Shown: piece after piece, positions 1 through 9,044 of the stretch
How the letters are laid out: every line of letters begins with the position of its first letter
How positions within the stretch are numbered: the stretch's first letter is position 1
From: Bacteroidota bacterium
Lineage (GTDB): Bacteria > Bacteroidota > Ignavibacteria > UBA10030 > SZUA-254
Direction: 5' to 3'
Length of the DNA: 64,000 bases
NCBI GenBank assembly: GCA_036522515.1
Contig: DATDFQ010000041.1
Coordinates: forward strand, 65,498-129,497
Position numbers and translations under genes: made by a program
The notes under the pieces: generated by a model
Seen by the model: only the letters and a program-made list of their open reading frames with translations
What the model was told of the DNA's origin: nothing
The model's database searches: none

Positions 1-2169
1 GGCGTCCCTCCCGTACACCCCCCCGAGATGGGAGAGCAGGTCGAATTCGCTGTAGATTCTCTCCGAGAATTCGCGCGGAAGTTCCTTCCGGAGATCGTCG
101 AGCTCGGCCACGTTCAGCAGGGCGTCGACGAACGAAGAGGGGACGATCTGCGTTTCGCCGTCATACCTCGGGACCGTGAGATAGAGACGCTCCTCGTAAT
201 TCGTGAGAGCCTGGTAAAACAGATACCGGTGCTCCGTCAGGTGGTACCGTTCATCCCTCAACCGCCTTGCGGTGCTGAAGAAGATCTCCGGCTGGTAGGC
301 CGGCGGAAATTCGCCGTCGGCGAGTCCGGCCATGATCATGACTTCGAACTTCAGTCCTCGGGTCTCGTCAAACGAGGTCACGACGACCCCCTTGCCGTAG
401 CGTTGCCGGACATTGTACCGGACGTCCGAAACCGCGCTTCTCAGCCGGTCGATAAAGTACGAGAGCGGCTCGACCGCGGAAACGCCCCGCTCGAGGGAAA
501 GGATTTCCAGAAACTCATCCAGAAACGAGACGAACTTTTCATACGCCCTCGCGTCCTTTTCGATCTGGTCGGTCCCGGCGATTTCGGGCGAAAGCTTCAG
601 GATGCATTCGACGACCCGCAGTTCCTTCAAGAGCGACAGGAGGCGGTCCCTGAATTGCCCGGCGTTCATGCGCGTGCCGAAGCGCTTCAGGAGCGCCGAG
701 AGGCTTTCGATATCCTTGAGCGCCCTCCGGAGGAGGCTCTCTTCATGCCGCAGCTTCGCCTCCTCACCGTCGTCCCCCGAGGCGGAGAGCTCCTCCCGGA
801 TCTCCACCAGCCGTTGTTGAATCCGGCGGTCCCAGGAGGTGCGCCCTGCCGGGATCTTCAGGCGCGTGCCGACCTCGTAGAGATTCCCCGCGTCGATCTG
901 CGCGTCGCCCGAAGCGACGACAAGATACGGGCTCGACAACGCCCGCATGATGTCCCTCAACCGGAAATTGCGTTCATGGACATCCAACAGGGAAAGGAGA
1001 GCGACGACAAAGGGGGATTGATCGAGCGCGTATCGGTCCGTGACGTTCGCCGGGATTCCGAACCGCTCGAAGGCTTCGCGGAACAGCTTCGCATAAAGCT
1101 GGGGTTGGTAGGTCGCCACGCAGATCCTGCTGAGGTCGCGCCCGGGCTTTTCCCGGGCGAGGCACTTGATCAGTTTCGCGATCGTCTCGACCTCCTGCTC
1201 CCGGTCGCGCGCGTACATCAACGAGACCTTCCCGCGGCAGTCGAACCGGGGCGGAGCGCCCGCGGCGCTCCCCTTCGGGGCCGGGGGGCTTTCACGAGAA
1301 CGTTCGGGGGCGCGCCGGAAGAGATGGTGCCTGATGTGATCTTCGAAGGTGGAACGCCTGGCGCGGGGGAGCGCGACTTTCTCAAACCCCATCTGAAGGA
1401 ACTTTTGGTAGTTTTCCCTGAGATGCCCGAAGATCTCCTCGTTGGAGAGATGGTAGTCGAACGAGACCAGCATCCCGGTCCCTGCCGGCTCGGAGAGGTT
1501 GTAGAGCATCGTCAGTTCCGGATCGGAAAATTCGTCGAAGCCCGAAACGATGATCGTATCGACGCCCGTGAAATGAGTCCGGACTTTTGCCGGGCTGACC
1601 GCGGGGTCCCATTCGGCGTTCACGCTCTTGAGCATCCCTGCGGGGTCGACAAACTTCCCCCCCAGGCTCGTCTCGTACGCCTCATAAATCGAGAGAATGT
1701 CCCGCAGCTTCAGCGCTTCGCCCGGCTCCGAGGCGGCGACCTCCGCATGGAGGACCGGGAGGTAGATTCCCTTCTCCTTGAAGGTGTTGATCACCTCGAC
1801 CAGCTTCTGGAGCGTGCCCTTCGGGAGCCGGTTCGAGGCGGGGATGCGGAAGTACCGGAGCGAATTTCTGAGGGAATGGACGGCCTCGTTGACAAGAACC
1901 GATTGGGCGGGGCCCGAGATGATCCGGCGCGGCGAACAGATGAGCGAGAAAAGCTGCGCCGCCAGTGTTTCCAGCGTAAAGAGGTGAAATGAGAGCGCGG
2001 CGCCGCCGGGGACCTCTCTCAGCAACTCGCGCTGGGCGTCCCGGAGCTTGCGTTTTGTCGGAACGACATGGATAAACGATGCGCCCGCACCGCGCGCGAG
2101 GCGTTTCCGGATCTCAGCCTGGATATCGCTTACGGCTCCGGGATGATTCTTCTTGAGAATGACAGGCAT
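1..2169 (-). CDS. PD-(D/E)XK nuclease superfamily, AddB/RexB-like helicase-nuclease subunit (N-terminal ~720 aa; gene runs off window start)
   Basis: Hand translation of the minus strand from ATG at 2169 gives MPVILKKNHPGAVSDIQAEIRKRLARGAGASFIHVVPTKRKLRDAQRELL... and stays open to position 1. It is missing from the ORF track because no stop lies in the window. The listed + ORF 28..1992 is its antisense shadow. Confidence 0.5.
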   Translation of the reverse strand, partial: MPVILKKNHPGAVSDIQAEIRKRLARGAGASFIHVVPTKRKLRDAQRELLREVPGGAALSFHLFTLETLAAQLFSLICSPRRIISGPAQSVLVNEAVHSLRNSLRYFRIPASNRLPKGTLQKLVEVINTFKEKGIYLPVLHAEVAASEPGEALKLRDILSIYEAYETSLGGKFVDPAGMLKSVNAEWDPAVSPAKVRTHFTGVDTIIVSGFDEFSDPELTMLYNLSEPAGTGMLVSFDYHLSNEEIFGHLRENYQKFLQMGFEKVALPRARRSTFEDHIRHHLFRRAPERSRESPPAPKGSAAGAPPRFDCRGKVSLMYARDREQEVETIAKLIKCLAREKPGRDLSRICVATYQPQLYAKLFREAFERFGIPANVTDRYALDQSPFVVALLSLLDVHERNFRLRDIMRALSSPYLVVASGDAQIDAGNLYEVGTRLKIPAGRTSWDRRIQQRLVEIREELSASGDDGEEAKLRHEESLLRRALKDIESLSALLKRFGTRMNAGQFRDRLLSLLKELRVVECILKLSPEIAGTDQIEKDARAYEKFVSFLDEFLEILSLERGVSAVEPLSYFIDRLRSAVSDVRYNVRQRYGKGVVVTSFDETRGLKFEVMIMAGLADGEFPPAYQPEIFFSTARRLRDERYHLTEHRYLFYQALTNYEERLYLTVPRYDGETQIVPSSFVDALLNVAELDDLRKELPREFSERIYSEFDLLSHLGGVYGRDA

Positions 2170-2225
2170 GGCGTCGGGAGTTGCGGTCTGAAATCACGGC
2201 TCACAGGAAGCCGTGAGTACACGAA

Positions 2226-2393
2226 TTACCGGCGGAGACGCTCCGGAACGTACAGGGAATAGAGTTCCGTGAGACGATGGCGGGTGATCCCGTCGAGGTC
2301 CTCGTCGTCACGGTCCCGTTTGCGCATCATCTCGAACTCGTCGAGATCGAACCGGCTCATCTTGTGCACGTAGTCGTTGAGCATCTCGATCAT
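2226..2393 (-). CDS. small highly charged hypothetical protein (55 aa)
   Basis: Hand-translated minus-strand ORF MIEMLNDYVHKMSRFDLDEFEMMRKRDRDDEDLDGITRHRLTELYSLYVPERLRR*. It is below the 60-aa track cutoff and lies between the nuclease and the membrane-protein gene. Confidence 0.2.
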   Translation of the reverse strand: MIEMLNDYVHKMSRFDLDEFEMMRKRDRDDEDLDGITRHRLTELYSLYVPERLRR

Positions 2394-2466
2394 CTTATGT
2401 TGCTCGACCTTTGTCGTACTTATGCGCCTTTGCGCGGAATTGATCCGTTGTCCGGCCCGGAGGCGA

Positions 2467-2925
2467 TCATCGGAATTTTCTTTTCATGAAAGCCCCTGCG
2501 ACGAGTGTCGCGACGAGTTGAACCGCGGTATATGCGCCGGCGCCGGAGGTAAAAAACGGCTTGACCGGTACGTCCGGGAAGTCGAGCATGCCGTACTCTT
2601 TCGCGATCAGGAGCCCTGCCACCGTCCCCATGCCGCCGGCCATGAACCAGAAAGGAATGCGCGACAATCCGGCCTTCCACCCGGCCGCGTCGTGAAGGAG
2701 CGGGAGGAGGCTCGCGGTCCAGACCCGGTGACACGCCCAGCCGGATAACGCCAGGGCGATCGCCACCGGAAGAAACCCGGGGAGCTGGCCCCACCAGAAT
2801 CTCCCTCCGAACATCCCGATGGTGAACGTTGCGGCCGCCCCGGCGATGCCGAGACCGAGATGGCGCGACAGAACGCCCATTCCGCCCCGCATGAAACCCG
2901 AGGTGACCGGCGCCGCTCCGGTCAT
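2467..2925 (-). CDS. small integral membrane protein (about 4 TM)
   Basis: 152 aa, hydrophobic segments (LGIAGAAATFTIGMFGG, LPVAIALALSGW, WFMAGGMGTVAGLLIA). Its start overlaps the upstream cyclase gene stop by 4 bp. Confidence 0.5.
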   Translation of the reverse strand: MTGAAPVTSGFMRGGMGVLSRHLGLGIAGAAATFTIGMFGGRFWWGQLPGFLPVAIALALSGWACHRVWTASLLPLLHDAAGWKAGLSRIPFWFMAGGMGTVAGLLIAKEYGMLDFPDVPVKPFFTSGAGAYTAVQLVATLVAGAFMKRKFR

Positions 2926-3665
2926 GCTCTTCCGTCCACGCGCCAGAGCGCGTTCTTTACGTAGGGCCAGACGACATACCGGAAGCCGAAGACGTCGCTT
3001 TCGTTCAAACCGGAAAACTTGCTCGCCACCGCGACCGCCTTGTTGTGCGGCCTGAGCATCTGGAGAGAGAGAATGGAGTTGTTCGCGCGCAACACACGCT
3101 CGGGGTGATTGAGGGCGATCTCCGCCGCGGCGCTGTCGATCACCGTCCCGTAGGGTCCGGCAAGCTTCTGCAGCCGCGCTCCGCTGTTCATCGGGTATCC
3201 GACGAAGTCCGGTTCGTTCAATTCGGGAATGAACGTTTCGGGATCGATCCGGACCACTTCCCCGCAGGAAATCCCGATGCCAAAACCCGAGGGAGCGGGG
3301 AACCGGAGCTGCTGCGCGATATACCAGTACCGCTTGTGGATTTCAAACGCGGCGGCCATCGCCCAGTGCAACGCCTCGGCCCTGGACCCGTGGTCTTTCA
3401 CCTCCCAGATCAGCACGAATCCGTCGCCAAGAAACTTGTGAAACGTGTGCTTGTAAAAGAAGGCGAGCTGGATGACGCGGTCGTAGACCACCTCGATAAT
3501 CCGCGTAATGTCCGCGGCCGTCGAAGTCAGCGACCATTGCGCGAACCCGCGCAGGTCGGCGTACACCACCACCACCTCGAGTTTCTCCCCGTGGATGATC
3601 GAGCGTCGTTCCGTCAGCGATAAGCTATTTGTATTCAGGTACATGCCCTTGTTCTTTAGATACAT
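2922..3665 (-). CDS. class III adenylate/guanylate cyclase catalytic domain protein
   Basis: VVVYADLRGFAQWS ... FLGDGFVLIWE matches the nucleotidyl cyclase (CHD) fold. 247 aa with no sensor or TM domain. Confidence 0.75.
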   Translation of the reverse strand: MYLKNKGMYLNTNSLSLTERRSIIHGEKLEVVVVYADLRGFAQWSLTSTAADITRIIEVVYDRVIQLAFFYKHTFHKFLGDGFVLIWEVKDHGSRAEALHWAMAAAFEIHKRYWYIAQQLRFPAPSGFGIGISCGEVVRIDPETFIPELNEPDFVGYPMNSGARLQKLAGPYGTVIDSAAAEIALNHPERVLRANNSILSLQMLRPHNKAVAVASKFSGLNESDVFGFRYVVWPYVKNALWRVDGRA

Positions 3666-3689
3666 GGCTCCTTGTCGAAGGTTTCTCCG

Positions 3690-4310
3690 TTATGCCGCAA
3701 TCAGCATGCTCACATCCCCGGCACCTTCCCTCACGACGACGGGCCGTTCTTCTGTCAGATCGAGTATCGTGGAGAGCTCCGCCATGCTGTTCCCTCCGTC
3801 GATGATCAGGTCGACGGCCGATTCATACTGGCGCTTGATGAGCTCGGGGTCGCTCACGATCTCGCCCAGGTCGTTGGCAATGCTCGCGCTCAGAAGCGGA
3901 TGGTCCAGGCCGCGAACCAGGCTGACGGAAATGTTGTTTTTCGGCACACGGATGCCGACCGTTTTCCGTTTCGAAATCAGGCTCTTGGGCAATTGCTTCA
4001 GACTGGTCGCGGGGAGAATGAATGTGTAAGGCCCCGGAACCAGTTGTTTCATCAGCCGGAAAGCCGGGTTGGAAACCCTGGCATATTCGCTGATGTGACT
4101 CAAGTCGCTGCAAATAAAGCTGAACGGTTTGGCGCGGTCCTGCCGTTTGATCTCGTAAATCCTTTCGATCGCGCGCGTATTATAAATGCTGCACCCGATC
4201 CCGTAGACGGTGTCGGTCGGATAAATGATCACTCCCCCGTCCCGCAGAACGCTCACGGCGCGGTCGATGTGTCTCCCTTGCGGATTCTCCGGATGAACTT
4301 TTAGATACAT
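3690..4310 (-). CDS. tsaC: L-threonylcarbamoyladenylate synthase (YrdC/TsaC/Sua5 family)
   Basis: GGVIIYPTDTVYGIGC motif; 206 aa. Confidence 0.8.
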   Translation of the reverse strand: MYLKVHPENPQGRHIDRAVSVLRDGGVIIYPTDTVYGIGCSIYNTRAIERIYEIKRQDRAKPFSFICSDLSHISEYARVSNPAFRLMKQLVPGPYTFILPATSLKQLPKSLISKRKTVGIRVPKNNISVSLVRGLDHPLLSASIANDLGEIVSDPELIKRQYESAVDLIIDGGNSMAELSTILDLTEERPVVVREGAGDVSMLIAA

Positions 4311-4322
4311 CGCTTTCCCCTT

Positions 4323-5441
4323 TCAGCGAATGATGGGTTCTTCAACTTCCAGGACCGGCACTTCCCCCTGTACCGTTCCCGGCAGGCCTTGAGCTCCTCG
4401 CGCGGGCACAGTGTCGTCGGTGATGGTTTCGAGTCTTCCTTCGAAGGCGGCGAGGCGCTTATCAGCCTCCGCGTATTTCCGGCGGGCATTTTCCAGGTGG
4501 GACCCGAGCGTGTCGAACACCTCGCGAACGCGGCCGACGTCTCCCTGCAATCGTCCGAGGGCGGAGAGAATTTCCCGGGCGCTTTGTTCGATGGAGAGAC
4601 CCCGGAGGCCGAGCGCGATCACCTGGAGGTAGGCGTAGAAACTGTTCGGGGAAACGGGTATGACCCGCTTCTCAAGGGCATAGTCGTAAATTCCCGCGCC
4701 GTTCGACCCGTCGTCCTTAATGATGAGCTCATAGTAGATATTCTCGGACGGGATGTACATGAGGGCGAACGGGAAGGTCCCCTCGTCGGGAAGAATATAC
4801 TTCGCCGCGATCGCATCGATATGTCTTTTCAGGTCTCCGGTGAACGCCTTTTGAGAGCTTCTCTTCTCCGCTTCGTCGGAAGCGGAGGCGGCCTTGCGGA
4901 AATTCTCCAGCGGGAACTTCGAGTCGACAGGCACCAGCCGGTCGGACGTCCTGATCACCGCATCGACGATCTGCCCGTCCCGGAACCGGTGCTGCATTTC
5001 GAAGTGCCCGGCGGGAAGGACCTGCTTCAGAAGGTCTTCGAGGAGATACTCGCCCAGCCCGCCGCGAAGTTTCGGCGCGCGCAACAGCTCGTCAAGTTTC
5101 GACACGCTCTGTCCGAGCTCTTTTATTTCTAGGGTCGCCTTGCCCAGCTCGCCCAGATTTCGCTCGACGTCGCCCATGAGCCTGGCCGCGTTGTCGAGCC
5201 TCGATCCCACGCTGCTCGTCTGCGACTGCATCTGCTCGGTCACGGCGGCAAGCTGCCTGTTCACGTTCTCGGTGATATGCTGCAGGCTGGTGCGCACGTC
5301 AGCTCGGAGCGATTCGACGTGCTGTTGTAACCCGAGCATCAGAGAAGATTCGTCCGGATTGACGGGGGATCGTTGGCGTCTGAGAAGAAGGACGAGGAGA
5401 AGGCCGGCAAGGAGGGAGAGCGCGACAATTGTTGGTTCCAT
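4323..5441 (-). CDS. rmuC: DNA recombination protein RmuC
   Basis: N-terminal TM segment plus coiled coil; RmuC core (KFPLENF, MYIPSENIYYE). Confidence 0.8.
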   Translation of the reverse strand: MEPTIVALSLLAGLLLVLLLRRQRSPVNPDESSLMLGLQQHVESLRADVRTSLQHITENVNRQLAAVTEQMQSQTSSVGSRLDNAARLMGDVERNLGELGKATLEIKELGQSVSKLDELLRAPKLRGGLGEYLLEDLLKQVLPAGHFEMQHRFRDGQIVDAVIRTSDRLVPVDSKFPLENFRKAASASDEAEKRSSQKAFTGDLKRHIDAIAAKYILPDEGTFPFALMYIPSENIYYELIIKDDGSNGAGIYDYALEKRVIPVSPNSFYAYLQVIALGLRGLSIEQSAREILSALGRLQGDVGRVREVFDTLGSHLENARRKYAEADKRLAAFEGRLETITDDTVPARGAQGLPGTVQGEVPVLEVEEPIIR

Positions 5442-5560
5442 GGCTGATCCTCAAACTAACCGGAAATAGCAGGATTCGTTATCGACTGCCCTTGGATCCG
5501 CCTGATCATCGAGGGTAACCTAACAAAAAAATACCAAAAGCACAAGGGGGGTGGGCGCGC

Positions 5561-6154
5561 TCAGCGCAGGAGGATCATCGATTTTGATTGAATCAGAGCA
5601 CTCTGCCCGGGCCCGGATGTGCTCAGCCGGTAGAGGTAGATTCCCGTGGGCTGTCCGGAACCGTGCCATACGATTCGGTGGACTCCCGCCCCCTGTTCGG
5701 CCGCGACGAGAGTCGAGATCTCCCGCCCGAGAAGGTCGAAGACGGCAAGCCTGACATGCGCGCTTGCCGCGAGAGAGTACTCGATGATGGTTTCGGGATT
5801 GAACGGGTTTGGATAATTCTGGCGGAGGAGGGACGAGCCCGGGAGGAACAGTTCGTCATCGACTCCATTCGTTCCCAGGACGACGATGACCGAGACGAAC
5901 AGGTCCTGGCATCCGCCGCAGCCCGCCCGAAACCCGGTCACCTGCACGTGCATGTCGAGGTAGTTCGTGAGATTGACCGTCGAGTTGAGGTCGCGGGTGA
6001 GAAACACCTCCGAGTATCCGGAGTCGGGCTCGAGCTGGAGCAGGTCGCACCGGTTGGTGCAGGTGGGAAAGGGCGTGGCGCGGACGTATCCCCGCAACGT
6101 TTCCGACGCCGGTGAATGCTCCCGGGCAAGAAGGAAGAGGATCGCGATCGTCAA
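5561..6154 (-). CDS. secreted protein with T9SS C-terminal sorting domain (Por secretion tail)
   Basis: Signal peptide MTIAILFLLA; C-terminal NYPNPFNPETIIEYSL...VRLAVFDLLGREI...GIYLYRL is typical of the T9SS CTD. Confidence 0.7.
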   Translation of the reverse strand: MTIAILFLLAREHSPASETLRGYVRATPFPTCTNRCDLLQLEPDSGYSEVFLTRDLNSTVNLTNYLDMHVQVTGFRAGCGGCQDLFVSVIVVLGTNGVDDELFLPGSSLLRQNYPNPFNPETIIEYSLAASAHVRLAVFDLLGREISTLVAAEQGAGVHRIVWHGSGQPTGIYLYRLSTSGPGQSALIQSKSMILLR

Positions 6155-6156
6155 AG

Positions 6157-6765
6157 CTATCCGAATCGTTCTTCCTTCCAGGGATCGGCAGGAGTGTTAT
6201 AACCGTTCAACTCCCAGAATCCCGGCCGGTCTTCGACGAGAAATTCCAGGCCGTTGACCCACTTGGCGCCTTTCCACGCATACCGGCGCGGCGTAAAGAC
6301 CCGCATGGGCCCGCCGTGAGCCGCGGGAAGGGGCTGGCCGTTGAACGTGTGTGCGAAGATGACGTCTTCGTTCAACATAATGTCGAGCGAGTTGTTGGTG
6401 GTGTAATCGCCGTAGGCGTGCTGCATCACGAATTTCGCCGCGGGTTTCATCCCCACATGCTTCACAAGGTCCCTGAACAGCACCCCCGTCCAATCGTCGT
6501 CGAACCTGCTCCAGCGGGTCACGCAATGAAAATCCGCACGTATGGTCGTCTGCGGGAAGTTCATGAAATCCTGCCATGTCCAGAGGAGAGGCTTCTCGAC
6601 TTCGCCCCAGACCCTGAACCGCCACGAGTTCGTATCGATCTCGGGCGTATCGCCGTAGGTGAGGACCGGAAACTTCGCGGTCGCCACCTGGCCGGGCGGC
6701 GTCTTCGGCTTCCCGAACGAGTTGATGCCCGGGACGAAGCGCTTTTTCGGATCGAAGAGCGCCAT
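6157..6765 (-). CDS. sulfite-oxidase-family molybdopterin-dependent oxidoreductase (cytoplasmic, domain-only)
   Basis: Oxidored_molyb-like motifs (FHCVTRWS, AHGGPMRVFTPRRYAWKGAKWV); no signal peptide; immediately downstream of the moaA and moaC-moaB genes. Confidence 0.7.
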   Translation of the reverse strand: MALFDPKKRFVPGINSFGKPKTPPGQVATAKFPVLTYGDTPEIDTNSWRFRVWGEVEKPLLWTWQDFMNFPQTTIRADFHCVTRWSRFDDDWTGVLFRDLVKHVGMKPAAKFVMQHAYGDYTTNNSLDIMLNEDVIFAHTFNGQPLPAAHGGPMRVFTPRRYAWKGAKWVNGLEFLVEDRPGFWELNGYNTPADPWKEERFG

Positions 6766-6771
6766 ACCGCC

Positions 6772-7677
6772 CTAGTGTCCCTCCCCCCTCATCATCTTGA
6801 AGGTGTGGAGGATGCCCGGGAAGAGCGCATTGATCCCGTCTTCCGCCCCTCGCTTCGATCCGGGGAGGTTGATGATCAATGTCTTCCCCCGGATACCGGC
6901 GACACCGCGTGTGAGCATCGCGGTCGGCAACCGGTCCGACCCGTAGCTCCGCAACGATTCTTCGACGCCGTCGAGGCGGCGTTCAATCACAGCAAGCGTC
7001 GCCTCCGGCGTGACGTCTCGCGGCCCGGCCCCGGTTCCGCCGGTCATCAGCACCAGATCGATCTGCTTTTTGTCTGCGAGTTCTTTCAATTCCATTTCGA
7101 TTCCCGCCCGGTCGTCCGGGAGTACTTTATAGACCGGAACCTGAAACTTGAAGCCCCGCAATTTCTCGGCAAGCAGCTTTCCGGAAGCGTCTTCCTTTTC
7201 CCCCTTGCTCACCGAATCGCTCATCACCAGCACGGCGGCGGTCAACCCCTCCCCTGTGCCTTTCAGGGCGGACTTGCCCCCCTTCTTTTCGAGGAGCCGG
7301 ATCGATTGGATTTCCATTCCTTCGTCGATCGCCTTCAGCATGTCGTAGAGGGTCAGCGCCGTGACCGATGCGGCGACGAGGGCCTCCATTTCCACGCCGG
7401 TTTTCCAGATCGCCTTCACCTCCGTGTTGACGACGATCCGGGAGTTTTCGAGATCCACTGTCACCTCCACATGATCGAGCGGCACCTGGTGGCAATAAGG
7501 GATCAGCACGCTCGTACCTTTTGCGGCCTGGATGCCCGCCACCCGCGCGACCCCGAGGGGATCCGCCTTCGGGACATTGCCTGAACGGATCGCTTCGATG
7601 GTCGATTTGTCCACATTCAACACCGCGGAAGCTTTGGCGCTTCGCAATGTGCTCGATTTGGAAGAGACGTCTCGCAT
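6772..7677 (-). CDS. moaC: MoaC (cPMP synthase) fused to MoaB/MogA-type molybdopterin adenylyltransferase domain
   Basis: N-terminal half has MoaC motifs (GVARVAGIQAAK, VNTEVKAIWKTGVEMEALVAAS). C-terminal half has the MogA/MoaB fold (AAVLVMSDSVSKGE, DLVLMTGGTGAGPRDVTPEA). The track ORF extends to 7761 from a TTG; the ATG at 7677 (MRDVSSK) is the more likely start. Confidence 0.8.
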   Translation of the reverse strand: MRDVSSKSSTLRSAKASAVLNVDKSTIEAIRSGNVPKADPLGVARVAGIQAAKGTSVLIPYCHQVPLDHVEVTVDLENSRIVVNTEVKAIWKTGVEMEALVAASVTALTLYDMLKAIDEGMEIQSIRLLEKKGGKSALKGTGEGLTAAVLVMSDSVSKGEKEDASGKLLAEKLRGFKFQVPVYKVLPDDRAGIEMELKELADKKQIDLVLMTGGTGAGPRDVTPEATLAVIERRLDGVEESLRSYGSDRLPTAMLTRGVAGIRGKTLIINLPGSKRGAEDGINALFPGILHTFKMMRGEGH

Positions 7678-7816
7678 GGAGGGGGATTGGCTCGATGTAA
7701 GTGGAAGTTGGATCCCGGGTGCGATCGGGGCGCCTGCCGCGACCACTGCTCTAAAGTACAACCGGGCGGAGCCAAAATCAAACGGGGGGGACGTTGCGGG
7801 AGTGGCAGAAAATCGG

Positions 7817-8821
7817 TCAGCCGCCGATCTGGCTCATCGTCCTTTCGGGTCTGACGAAGCCGGGGCGGTTGATGAGATGCCCCTCCTCCTTCAACCGGAC
7901 CGCGCCGATAATGGTGTCGCGCAGCTCGTCATCACCTGAGCCGTTCCGCATCATGGTTTTCAGATCGGTCTCGTGGAGCGAGAAGAGGCATGTGCGGAGT
8001 TTTCCGTCCGAGGTGAGACGGACACGGTTGCAGGAAGCGCAGAACGGTTCCGAGACGGAGCTGATAAAACCGATCTCCCCCGCCCCGTCCTCGAACCGGT
8101 AGCGGTCGGCAGGCTGCGCACCGTGGTATTCGACGGGGACAAGCTTATGCTTCCCGGAATTGATCCGCTCGACGATCTCCTTCGAGGGGACGACTTTTTC
8201 GATCGACCAGCCGTCGTCCGCCCCGATCGGCATGAACTCGATGAAGCGGACATGGAACGGGCGCGTTCTGGAAAGTAGCGCAAAATTTTCGATTTCGTCG
8301 TCGTTCATTCCGCGGATAATCACGACGTTGATCTTGATCGGGCGCAGCGGAAGCTTCTCGACCACCTCGAGCGAATCCCAGACTTTCTGAAAATAGTCGC
8401 GGCGCACCATGGCGGAGAACCTTCCGGGCTGAAGGGAGTCGAGGCTGACGGTGATCCGGCCGAGACCCGCCTTGCAGAGCGCGAGCGCCTGTTCCGCAAG
8501 GAAAAAGCCGTTCGTGGTAAGCGCCAGGTCTTCGATCCCGGGGATCCTGGCAATTTTTTCGACAAGCAGGTGCAGTTCGCGCCGCATGAGCGGCTCCCCG
8601 CCCGTCAACCGGATTTTTTTGACCCCCAGTCCGGAAAAAATACGGACGAGCCGGGAGATTTCCTCAAATGTCAGGAGCTCCCGCCGGTCAAGCCAGACCA
8701 TCCCCTCCTCCGGCATGCAGTACTTGCAGCGGAAATTGCACCGGTCGGTGACCGAAATGCGCAGGTTGTTCACCGTGCGGCCGAAGGTGTCCTGTAGTAT
8801 GTGAGAGGCTGATTGGGTCAT
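7817..8821 (-). CDS. moaA: GTP 3',8-cyclase MoaA (radical SAM)
   Basis: LRISVTDRCNFRCKYCMP radical-SAM cluster motif and full-length MoaA architecture. Start ambiguous: TTG at 8860 or ATG at 8821/8827. Confidence 0.85.
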   Translation of the reverse strand: MTQSASHILQDTFGRTVNNLRISVTDRCNFRCKYCMPEEGMVWLDRRELLTFEEISRLVRIFSGLGVKKIRLTGGEPLMRRELHLLVEKIARIPGIEDLALTTNGFFLAEQALALCKAGLGRITVSLDSLQPGRFSAMVRRDYFQKVWDSLEVVEKLPLRPIKINVVIIRGMNDDEIENFALLSRTRPFHVRFIEFMPIGADDGWSIEKVVPSKEIVERINSGKHKLVPVEYHGAQPADRYRFEDGAGEIGFISSVSEPFCASCNRVRLTSDGKLRTCLFSLHETDLKTMMRNGSGDDELRDTIIGAVRLKEEGHLINRPGFVRPERTMSQIGG

Positions 8822-8928
8822 GCGCATCCACGGGGTGTGGACATAATAATGTACGAACAAGGAGGGGTATTTGTCAATGGGATCTACCCCGCATTAGCGC
8901 ATGAATTTCAAGTGCCGAGCCGAACAAA

Positions 8929-8992
8929 CGCAGCCTAAAGGCTGCGGCTACCAGGCCCGATGCATCGGTAGGCGCGACCTTCAGGTCGCGCT
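8929..8992. repeat. family-1 composite hairpin repeat (GCAGCC-TAAA-GGCTGC ... GGCTACC/GGTAGGC ... GCGCGACC-TTCA-GGTCGCGC), copy A
   Basis: Two perfect hairpins plus an internal palindrome CCGATGCATCGG; related copies at 28051, 33430 and 45855. Confidence 0.7.
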
Positions 8993-9044
8993 CGTTTCGC
9001 CGCAGCGCGGCGGAACGGGGATACGGAGACATTACCTTTCGCTA

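Noticed and set aside
28-1992. 654-aa + strand ORF at window start
   Set aside because: Antisense shadow of the minus-strand AddB-like gene, which translates cleanly from 2169 to position 1. The + product is Arg/Asp/Glu-rich low-complexity typical of high-GC antisense frames.
3672-4304. 210-aa + ORF
   Set aside because: Antisense to tsaC, whose YrdC motifs are unambiguous on the minus strand.
6112-7584. 490-aa + ORF
   Set aside because: Antisense to the moaC-moaB gene and the SO-family gene; Arg/His/Pro-rich, no domain.
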